Below, one piece after another: positions 26,587 through 38,500 of a stretch of DNA of 64,000 nt (positions within the stretch are counted from its first letter, which is position 1; every line of letters begins with the position of its first letter). Both the position numbers and the translations under genes were made by a program. The stretch comes from Mobula hypostoma (Eukaryota): contig NC_086097.1 in NCBI RefSeq assembly GCF_963921235.1, forward strand, positions 180,484,001 through 180,548,000, in the 5' to 3' direction. The notes under the pieces are model-generated. The model had not been told where the DNA came from, did not search any database, and worked only from the letters and a program-made list of their open reading frames with translations.

Positions 26587-29500
26587 GTGAGTGGAAGGCG
26601 GAAAGTGGGGGCTAGGATTCAGTCTGGCCACCCCAGCCAAAACTGTCTCCACCTTGTACCCTAATTAGAGCTAGGGTAGGCCTCATCGGCCTGGAGAGAG
26701 GCAACCTAGACGCTCCAGGGGTAGGGTAAGGTGGGTGAAGTTAGGTTAGGTTTGGTTCGGTTGGGGTGGGGGTAAGGCAGAGGACGGGGTTTGGGATGGG
26801 ATGGGGGTTGAGGGTCAGGTTTGGCGTGAGAGTAGGAATGGATTGGGGGTAGGGCTGGGAGTGTCAGAGTTGGAAGGACTGGTGGGTGATGTTGATTTTG
26901 GGGGTGATGAGACTGCCAGTGGGGTGGGAGGTCAGTCAGAGTTTGGCTGAAGTGAATGGGTACAAAAGGGATGGCATGGAAATGAGGGGGAGAGTGGTGG
27001 TAGTGATGACTGGATCAGGTGGTGGTGATGGGAGGGGAAATGTTATGGCTAGATTTTGGCTGCTGTCTGAGCAACTCTTCCCATCAACCCCACCCCTTCC
27101 TCGCCTCCTCCTGCTTGTCCTCTTTTCTGCCCTGCACATTCTCTCCCCCCCCCCACACACACACACACAGCTAAGGTCAATATTTGCTTTGGCCAAAAGT
27201 GTAATTCCCTTACACCCCCTCTCTAGCTGGGAACAGAAGACAGTGCGGTACGCAAGACATTTTTGTAATAATGTGGGTTGTGTTTCAGCAAACCATCAAT
27301 GACCTATTCCTTACCCTGTACGAAATGGGCTTTGAGGAGAGGCAGGTGCAGGCTGCTCTCCAGGCTGGGATCCTCAATGTTCAGGATGCTGCTGAGTGGT
27401 GAGTGAGTCTGTTCTGAGACCTAGAGAAAATACTTGCAGTTATAAGCCCTGATCCATGAATTAAAATGTCCCAAAACACTGTCCAGATTCTCTCAAAAAT
27501 GACATAAGTGTACACCAGGAGATGATGACCAGAAGGGTACAGAAAATCTATGTCCAGTCTCTTTGGATTTTCTGTAGTCCCTATTTCTTGTCCCTTTTGA
27601 TTTCCACATTTGTGTAAAAATATTAACTAACATTTTTCAGCTTGAGAATCTTGCTGCTGCTAGCAAGTGATCCATCCAAATGTTCCTGTAGTTCTTTAAA
27701 GAAGTTGTTATCTCAGTGCCTGTCAAACATTCTTTCCTTACCCAATAGAACAATTAGCCCTAATCTATTTATCTTTCTGGGCTTCTGCACTTCAAAGTAC
27801 AGTACTTGGGTTTCAGAGATCTTTGACAAAAGAGACAAAGAGGGATGTGTATCAAAATTATTTACCAGTGTTTCCTTTTCATCTGTCAGCTCTTGCAGCA
27901 GCATTGTGTATTGACCCAGTCAAGTTCCTGGGTCAAAAAATACTATTTTAAAAATTTATATATATATAAAACGGCGGAGTTTTTGATACTTCTATAATTA
28001 TTGAACAACATTCCCATGTTGGAAACGCTCAGTAGGTCAGACAGCATCTGTAGAATGAGAAATAGTTCAGTTTAAAGGAGATTCTGACATGGTTTTTGAC
28101 CTGAAACATGAACTCTGCCCCCCCCCACAGAATTTGTTTGACCTGTTGTGTTTCCAGCATTTTTTATTCTCACAATGTTTGATTTAATTTAGCAATTTCT
28201 TGCAGTAGATCTTGCAATAAATATTATTGTTTTTTTGTTCGTCTGTAGGTTGCTGCAAGGAGGGGAGCGCGCCACACGACAACAGGAGTCAGTGGCCTTA
28301 ACAGCTGGGGCAGTATCGGCATTTAATCCACCTCTCATCCAGAGAGGCACCGCATCCAGCAGTGTAAAACCCCAGCAAGGTAAGGGGATGTCAAGATGTC
28401 AAGCCAGCCAATGGAGGATGGATGGGATGTCCTGATTAATGGGGATGGTTTTGCAAGGGGAGCTGACTAGAAGTTGGGACAATTGTGGTTTAAGCATATA
28501 GTAGTAAACTGATGGTTACTGTCAGTACTTGGGAATGACTAGTAATGAATGCAACAGATAATCCGCTGGAAGAATGTAGCAGGTCTAGCAGCATCTGTGG
28601 AGGAGAACGGAATTGTTACTAATGTCTGAACTGGGAGGGCAGCTGCTAACAGTACTGGGATTACTAAGGGTTTACTAAAGTCAACAGAGGGAGATGAACC
28701 AGTTTTATAATGTCAAAAGTGTCATAATCCCTGCTGAATCCTTAATGTCTGTATAGCTGCTGATCTCTTGCCTGATTACAATACTACAACAAACCCACTG
28801 TTTGTAGCAAATAATGCAACATCTACCTAGTGTTTGTGTAGTTATATCGTACTGGGGGGAGGAGGAATCCACATCCACTCCTGATCACAAATCAAGTGGT
28901 CCCAAATCAAGGTTAATGCCATGCAGCTTGTCAGCTGCCCCAACAGTGATCCCAAACTGAAAATAAAGCCCTCGATGATTTTGTACTCTGCCGCTCAGTG
29001 TGAGGAGTAGCAGCAATATAATCGAAAAGCTCTCAGCACAGAAGCCCAAGCCTGTGCATCCACAAATCTTTCTAGATGGCAAAACAAGTTGAAAACACAG
29101 TTAAAGCATAAGGGATCCTGAGTTTTGTAACGGTGTAGAGTACAAAAGTGGCGAAGTTAAGCTGAACCTTAGAATATAGCACAGGAACAGTCCTTTTGAC
29201 CCACAATGCCTGTGCCGACCATGATGGCAAATTAAACTAAATCTCTTCAGTACAATGAGTCCTGAGTTTGATATACTGTTGCTGGGTACAAACTGAAAGC
29301 TGCCCAAGTGCTGGCTCCTATTTGGCAGTGTCAGTATGTCATCTTGGCACATTGAGGCTTAGAACTTTTGTCTCTGACTGTGAATGCAAATCATATTCAC
29401 GGAATTGGTAACTTGCACAACTCCTTGCACCGGCTCTGAGGGACTGCCACACTGTCGGAGGGGACAGGACTGAGAGAACAACAGGCTTTCTGAGGGAGCA

Positions 29501-32500
29501 CTACACTGCTGGAGGGGAGGACAGTACTAAGGTAGTACTGCTGTTGGTGGTGCACCACTAGGGGATTACTGCACAGTTCAAAATGCGAACTTTCAGGTGA
29601 CATGCTATACTGATGCCCTGTTAATTTTATGTCCATCAGGGGAAGATCTTGTGGTCCAATATTTACTTATTCAACCAGTATCATTGAAACAGATTGTATG
29701 GGCAGCTAATAAGAGATTTTGCAGATGCTGGAACTAGTGAACAACGCAGACAAAATGCTGGAGGAAATCAAGTCAGGCAGCATCTATGGAGGATCATGAT
29801 GAAGGGTCTCAGCCCAAACATTGACTGTTTATTCCCTTCCATAGAAGCTGCCTCATTTGTTGAGTTCCTCCAGCATTTTGTGTGTTGGATGGATGGTTGT
29901 TAGTTTTTATCCACTGATTTCCATGCTTCCGAAATTGCAATAATGTCTCCACTTCAGAATGTGGTTGTTATCATTGACGTCTATTGTGAAATTTGTTGTC
30001 CTGTAGCAACCCTACTGTGTCATTCCTGTTTTGCACTATCTATTTTTGTAACCTATAGTAATAGCTTTAAAGCACGTCGAAAAATCCTAAAACTCTGAAT
30101 GTTGCTGGAGATGTTGAAACGTTTTTCTACAAGTACCTGCTGGTGTACTTTTTTGGGTGATTATCTCCTTTCGTCCTTTATAAGGTATGCAGCATAAGAT
30201 TTTGCTCAAAACTCCTTGCCATAAGCAGTCAGTTACTTCCTTGAATGCTCTCTGGGGACACTCAGAATAGTGCAGCTTGTCAATTACTTAAATGCCCAAA
30301 CAGGATCTGAGGAATGATCGCAACTGTTCATTCCTTATGACCACAGGAATGAGAGGAAACCGTTCTGCTTCAAGATACAAAAAACTGCAGATGTTGGAAT
30401 CTGGTACAAGCACACTCAGCAGGTTCGGCAGCATCTGTGGAAGGAAATGGACACTTGGCATTTTGGGTCAAGACCCTTCATTTGGACTGAGAGTTAGAGA
30501 GGAGACAACCTTTTTCTACTGACTATGTCCCCTGTATCTTTCAGTCCTGAAACATCAATTGTTCATTCTCCTTATTCGCTGCCTGACCTGCTGAGTTCCT
30601 CCAGTCGTTTGTTGCTCATTTCAGCTTTGAGCTTATTTCCCTGGTATAGCTTGACAGGGTCAACCTATCTCAGCCTGAACTTCCCATTTCTACGAGTTTT
30701 TGAACCTTGTGCTCTGGGGTCAAATCTCAAGGTTTAAGTTTTCAAATGGTGTGTAGTCTTTTTTTGATGGAGGAAGAGTTCCTGCCTGGAATTTTATGTG
30801 AAGAATCACTTATTGACCTTTGAATAACTTAATTGTCCTCACTGAGGAAAATGATTTTCAGTTCTTTTAATTATTTCGAATTGCCAGTGGAACTACTGTA
30901 TTTCCCACTTAGACACTCAGAATTTTGAAGTCCTTTTTCTCCACACCTGCCACATGGCCTTCCTTTTCTACCTTCCTTTCTCTGATAGTACTTTTGTTTT
31001 GATATTTTTGTTTGCTTCTTTGGTGTATCCGTTTCTTCCTCAGCATTGTCCCTCTCCAGGAGAAACCATAATTTGAAGGAGTTCGAGGAGCAGCAGAGGG
31101 AGCGTGATGCTCGACAAATCAAAGCTGAGAGGCGAAAGAAGCAGAAGGTAAATAGTAATGATGCAGAGCTCCCTCTGCCCTACCTCTCTCCTTGGTGGTG
31201 GCTAAGGTACAGTTCCTTAATTCCTTTACCTTAGTGTCCCTTGCCACATGTCAGCTTAGTATCTGGGTCTCACTGCTATGCCTGGTCTGTTCATTTCTGG
31301 ATGTGTGGAGTCTGATCAATTTCAGCAGGACGTCGCCAGCAAGATGCAGACAAAAGACCGACTACAGTTGAAGCTCCTTCTGGGAGGTCTTCCCCAAGAC
31401 TCTTCAGCGTGAAAGCTGAGACTTCGATTCCAAGTCTGTGTTACTTGCAATGGGGGTATCATAATGGGCTTAGGGAGTTCAAGGTCTGTTTTCCAACACC
31501 CATCCAGGTGGCCTGCCTTTGTGATAGAGCCAAAATATTGCACGTGTGGGATTACCATTCAAGAACCTGTTACTTATTTCCCAGCGCTTTCCCCAACTCC
31601 ACCTCTTCACCCCCGGCCTCTACCATCAAGGCATCCAGGGACACATTGGGAACACCTGTTAAGGGATGCAAGTATATTGGCTTTTCTTTCATCAGCACTG
31701 CCTCTGACTGCTTTAGCCCTTCATCTGTCAGTACAGGAGCCCATTCACCTCAGACCTTGTACAGATTAAAGGGGTGGTCCACCTGCACCTCCTTAAGTCA
31801 ATGATGCACCCCAATGTTTTTAAGTCTGGTTTCAACTCACTGACCTTTGTTGAAGAGACACAGATAAACAAATAAAGGAGTAAAATCGAGGTTTGGGTTT
31901 GACTGTGAGCTTGGCCTACGTCTTGGCTAACAAGGCCTTTGAGCAAAATAATAGCCACATTAAAGTATTTAGCAGGCATCGCCTCCTTTCAGAAAGGAAC
32001 AGCAAGAAATGTAAGTCTCTAGGGACCAAGAGAGTTGCCCTCTAAGAAATGCAGGGAAATTTATGCAGCTGAAAATTGAGCCATTTCATTTGAGTTTACA
32101 ATATACTTTTTAATATGGAAACTTAGTGCATAGCTGACATCATAATGAAATTTCTGTTTGCTTAAATGGAATGGGTGCTACCTATGGAAATGGATCGTAC
32201 TCCATTGTACTCCACAATGAACAGTGGTTCTGCATTGCCATAACTGGACAGCTCTGACTTGCAGCCAGGAGATAATGAGTGGGATATGGATGGAAAACGA
32301 GTTTGGATATCTTTGAAGTGTCCTAGTGGGACTGACGTGGTAAATGCTGCTTCCCCTATCGCATCTTCATGCTAGGGACATGTGTAAGTTATGGCTCAAC
32401 AAAGAATACCCTCTATCTGAATCAGAAAGTTGTGGCTTCAAGTTCTGTTCCAGAGGAAAAGCTAGGCTGGCACTGCTGAGGGTGATTGGAATCCAGACTG

Positions 32501-35500
32501 GAAATGTGCTTCAAGGTCAGGACTGATTTACAGTTTTTTTTAAAAGTAACACTTGAATAACATTCTTCCCAATGCAGAAAAGTTGTCTCCCACCCTATCA
32601 TTCCACTTCACTTGCAAAGGTCTGTGCTGTGACTGGGATCTCAGATCTAGACACGCAAATGGCTTCCAAATGTTTCTTGATTGCCTCTAAACATAATAAA
32701 TAAGCCAATAGCTGATTTATAATCAGGGGCAGTAGGTGAAGGGCTTTGTTGGGGTTTTTGCTTAGTTTTCCATTGGTTTTGGGGTATTGATTTATTTCCT
32801 TGATAAGCAGTCATTTGTTTGTTTTATCATTGTAGGATCATGAATTGGCATTGAAGAGAATAGCCGATGATCGTGAAAATCTGAAAGCAAAATTGCTGCC
32901 AACCTGCCAGCCTGATCCACCTCCGCAGAGCCAGAGGTTAGGGGACAAACTTCAAACAGCAGCGGGCAAACATTGCCTCCTTGTGGTGAGTCATGCTAAG
33001 CCAGGGTTCAAAATCAGAATCAGGTTTAATATCACTGGCAAATGTGAGATTTGTTTTGCAGCAGCAGTACATTACAATACTGAGGAACAAAAATACTGAG
33101 GTAATATTCATGAGTTCATTATCTATTCAGAAATATGATGGTGCAGGGAAAGAAGCTGCTTCAAAAATCTGTGGGTCTTGATGTGTGTGAAAATGTTGAT
33201 GGAGAAGATCCTGAGAGGCAGGATTTATGAACATTTGGAGAGGCATAATATGGTTAGGAATAGTCAGCATGGCTTTGTGAAAGGCAGATCGTGCCTTACA
33301 AGCTTGATTGAAATTTTTGAGGATGTGATTAAACGCATTGATGAAAGTAGAGCGGTAGATGTAGTGTGTTGTGTGAATGAAGTCACCGGAGAGAGAGTTA
33401 CTGGTACTGTAGATACAAAGCAGCTTCTTTATTTGACAAAACAGGGTACAGCAGGCATCATACCGAGATGGAAAGGTGGAAAGGTCTGCTGGCCCAATGT
33501 GGGGCTCAATAGTTGCTGAACACAAAGGACAATTCCATATTTACAAAGTATAGACAATGCTTTCTTTTGAAGCCACTTGCAAACCTTTACACCTTCTGGT
33601 TCACAGCCATCCCACAGAGGCCAACATTGTCTGTGGACTGGGATTCACAGCTTTTAAGAAATGTTTTGTTACAAACTAAATCCACAATACATTGTCAATG
33701 AACAGAAGACTGGTAGCCAAAGCCATTTGCTAAATGTAGATGACCTAAGCACAAAAATCACGCTAACATAGTATATATGGATTTCAGCAAGGCATTTAAT
33801 AAGGTACCCCATGCAAGGCTTAGGGGACCTTGCTTTGTGGATCCAGAACTGGCTTGCCCACAGAAGTCAAAGAGTGATTGTAGACTGGTCATATTCTGCT
33901 TGGAGGTCAGTGACCAGTGGTGTGCCTCAGGGATCTGTTCTGGGACCCTTTCTGTTTGTGATTTTTATTAATGACCTGGATGAGGAAGTAGAGGGATGGG
34001 TTAGTAAGTAAATTTGCTGATGGCACAAAGGTTGGGGGTGTTGTGAATAGTGTGGAGCGCTGTCAGAGGTTACAGCTCTACATCGATAGGATGTAAAACT
34101 GGGCTGAGAAGTGGCAGATGGAGCTCAACCCAGATAAGTGTGAGGTGGTTCATTTTGGTAGGTCAAATATGATGGCAGAATATAGTATTAATGGTAAGAC
34201 TCATGGCAGTGTTGAGATCAGAGGGATCTTGGGGACCGTGTCCATAGGACACTCAAAGCTGCTGTGCAGGTTGACTCTGTGGTTAAGAAAGCATATGGTG
34301 TATTGGCCTTCATCAATCGTGGGATTGAGTTTAAGAGCCAAGAGGTAATGTTGCAGCTATATAGGACCCTGGTCAGACCCCACTTGGAGTACTGTGCTTA
34401 ATTCTGGTTTCCTCACTACAGGAAGGATGTGGAAACTATAGAAAGGTGCAGAGGAGATTTACAAGGATGTTGCCTGGATTGGGGAGCATGCCTGATGAGA
34501 ATAGGTTGAGTGAACTCTGCCTTTTCTCCTTGGAGTGACGGAGGATGAGAGGTGACCTGATAGAGGTTATAAGATGATGAGAGACATTGATTGTGTGGAT
34601 AGTCAGAGGCTTTTTCCCAGGACTGAAATGGCTAACACGAGAGGGCATAGTTTTAAGGTGCTTGGAAGTAGGTACAGAAGAGATGTCAGGAGTAATTATT
34701 TTTACGTAGACAGTGGTGAGTGCATGGAATGGGTTGCCAGCGACGGTGGTGGAGACGGATATGATAGGGTCTTTTAAGAGACTCCTGGATAGGGGGAATG
34801 CCGTACTAGATCTGGTATTACGTAACGAACCGGATCAGATCTCTCAGTGGGTGAGCATCTGGGGGACAGTGACTACTGCACCTTAGCCTTTAGCATTATC
34901 ATGGAAAAGGATAGAATCAGAGAGGACAGGAAAACTTTTAATTGGGGAAGGGCAAATTATGAGGCTATAAGGCTAGAATTTGCGGGTGTGAATTGGGATG
35001 ATGTTTTTGCAGGGAAATGTACCATGGACATGTGGTCGATGTTTAGGGATCTCTTGCAGGATGTTAGGGATAAATTTGTCCCGGTGAGGAAGATAAAGAA
35101 TGGTGGGGTGAAGGAACCATGGGTGACAAGTGAGACAGAAAATCTAGTCAGGTGGAAGAAGGCGGCATACATGAGGTTCAGGAAGCAAGGATCAGATGGG
35201 TCTGTTGAGGAATATAGGGTAGCAAGAAAGGAGCTTAAGAAGGGTCTGAGGAGAGCAAGAAGGGGGCATGAGAAGGCCTTGACGAGTGGGGTAAAGCAGT
35301 GGTCCCCAACCAACAGGCCGCGGACCGATGCATTGCCACGAAGCATGCAGGAGTGCAGCGGTGGCCAGGACGCACCCAGCACATCTTTAAGAACAAAGCC
35401 AAAATAAACAAGCTAATTAATTAGATGCCACCCGGCATGTAAATGTTGGCCCAGATCAGAGGCGACACAATCGGCAATTGCCTCTGATCTGGGCCGACAT

Positions 35501-38500
35501 TTACGTGCCAGGCGGCACCTAATTAATTAGCTTGTTTATTTTGGCTTCTTTGTTAAAGAAGTGCTGGGTGCGTCCCGGCCACCACTGCACCGCTGCATTC
35601 TTCGCGGCAATGTATCGGTCCGCAGCCCGGAGGTTGGGGACCACTGGGGTAAATGAAAACCCCAAGGCATTCTTCAATTATGCGAAGAACAAAAGGATGA
35701 CAGGAGTGAAGTTAGGACGGATTAGAGGTGAAAGTGGGGAGATGTGCCTGGAGGCTGTGGAAGTGAGCGAGGTCCTCAATGAATACTTCTCTTCGGTATT
35801 TACCAATGAGGGGTAACTTGATGATGGTGAGGACAATATGAGTGAGGTTGATGTTCTGGAGCATGTTGATATTAAGGGAGAGGAGGTGTTGGAGTTGATA
35901 AAATACATTAGGACGGATAATTCCCTGGGGCCTGATGGAATATTCCCCAGGCTGCTCCACAAGTCGAGGGTAGAGATTGCTGAGCCTCTGGCTAGGATCT
36001 TTATGTCCTCGTTGTCCATGGGAATGGTACCGGAGGATTGGAGGGAGGCGAATGTTGTCCTCTTGTTCAAAAAAGGTAGTAGGGATAGTCCGGGTAATTA
36101 TGGACCAGTGAGCCTTGCATCTATGGTGGGAAAGCTGTTGGAAAAGATTCTTAGAGATAGGATCTATGGGCATTTAGAGAATCAGGAACAGTTAGCATGG
36201 CTTTGTGAAGGGCAGATCGTGTCTAACAAGCCTGATAGAGTTCTTTGAGGAGGTGACCAGGCATACAGATGAGGGTAGTGCAGTGGATGTGATCTACATG
36301 GATTTTAGTAAGGCATTTGACAAGGTTCCACAGGGTGGGCTTATTCAGAAAGTCAGAAGGCATGGGATCCAGGGAAGTTTGGCCAGGTGGATTCTGAATT
36401 GGCTTGCCTGCAGAAAGCAGAGGATTGTGGTGGAGGGAGTACATTTGGATTGGAGGGTTGTGACTAGTGGTATCCCACAAGGATCGGTTTTGGGACCTCT
36501 ACTTTCCGTGATTTTTATTAACGAGCTGGATGTGGAGGTAGAAGGGTGGGTTGGCAAGTTTGCAGACGACACAAAGGTTGGTGGTGTTGTGGATAGTGTG
36601 GAAGATTGTCGAAGATTGCAGAGTGACATTGATAGGATGCAGAAGTGGGCTGAGAAGTGGCAGATGGAGTTCAACCCGGAGAAGTGTGAGGGGGTACACT
36701 TTGGAAGGACAAACTCCAAGGCAGAGTACAAAGTAAATGGCAGGATACTTGGTAGAGTGGAGGAGCAGAGGGATCTGGGGGTACATGTCCACAGATCCCT
36801 GAAAGTTGCCTCACAAGTAGATAGGGTAGCTAAGAAAGCTTATGGGGTGTTAGCTTTCATAAGTCAAGGGATAGAGTTTAAGAGTCGCGAGGTAATGATG
36901 CAGCTCTATAAAACTCTGGTTAGGCCACACTTGGAGTATTGTGTCCAGTTCTGGTCACCTTACTATAGGAAGGATGTGGAAGCATTGGAAAGGGTACAGA
37001 GGAGATTTACCAGGATGCTGCCTGGTTTAGAGAGTATGGATTATGATCAGAGATTAAGGGAGCTAGGGCTCTACTCTTTGGAGAGAAGGAGGATGAGAGG
37101 AGACATGATAGAAGTGTACAAGATAATAAGAGGAATAGATAGAGTGGATAGCCAGCGCCTCTTCCCCAGGGCACCACTGCTCAATACAAGAGGACATGAC
37201 TTTAAGGTAAGGGGTGGGAAGTTCAAGGGGGATATTAGAGGAAGGTTTTTTACTCAGAGAGTGGTTGGTGCGTGGAATGCACTGCCTGAGTCAGTGGTGG
37301 AGGCAGATACACTAGTGAAATTTAGGAGACTACTAGACAGGTATATGGAGGAATTTAAGGTGGGGGATTATATGGGAGGCAGGGTTTAAGGGTTGGCAGA
37401 ACATTGTGGGCCGAAGGGCCTGTACTGTGCTGTATATTCTATGCTTGTTCTATTCAAAAACACATTCTTCTTTTTAAACCATTCTGTTGTTGATTTACTC
37501 GTGTTTCAGATCATTGTCTTGTCTTCTATTAAGTTTCAGGGGACAGACCGCTACCCTGACATTCTCCTGTAAAATGTCTTGATACAATTTTGAATTCATT
37601 GTTCCCTCAATGATTGCAAGCTGTCCAGGCCCTGAAGTATCAAAGCGGCCCCAAACCATGATGCTCCTTCCATCATGCTTCACAGATGGGATATGGTTTT
37701 TATGTTGGTGTGCATTGCCCTTTTCCTTCCAAACATAGCAATGGGCATTTCAGCAAAATGTTTAACTTTTGTCTTGTCTTTGCACAGAATATTGTCCCAG
37801 AAGTCCTAAAAGACCACATACAGGTGGTCTTTTGCAAACTTGAGACACACAGCAGTGATTTTTTGGAGAGCAGTGGTTTCCTCCATGGCGTCCTTCCCTG
37901 AACACCATTCTTCAGTATTTTTCTTATAGTGGACACATGAACAGAAACTTTAGCAAGTTCTGGAGATTTCTGCAGTTCTTTTGCTATTACCTTGGGTTCT
38001 TTTACACCACCTTCAGCATTGCCGTTGTGTTTTTGGTGTGATCTTTGCAGGATGCCCACTCCTAGGGAGAGTAGCAACAATACTGAATTTCCTCAATTTG
38101 TAGACAATTTCTCTTTCTGTGGACTGATGAACACTTGGGTCTTTAAAAATGCTTTTGTAGCATTTTCAAGCATCGTGTATCTCTACCATTCTTCATCTCA
38201 GGTCCTCAAAGTTGTTTTGATGGAGGCATGGTGCACATAAACAGATCTTTCTTGAGAAGAGGCGGCTCAGAGTCAGGTTTATTATCTCCAGCATGAGTTG
38301 TGAAATGTGTTAACTTGGCAGCAGCAGTTCAATGTAATACATAATATAGAAGAAGAAAAAAATTAAATAAGTAAATCAATTCCAGTATACATATATTGAA
38401 TAGATTAAAAATTGTGTGGAAACAGAAATAATATATATTAAAAAAGTGAGGTATTGGTCACGGGTTCAATGTCCGTTTAGGAAATGGATGGTAGAGGGGA

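Noticed and set aside
36205..37389. 394-aa reverse transcriptase ORF as a host gene or active element
   Set aside because: Part of a 5'-truncated CR1 with upstream stop, frameshift and a MITE insertion.
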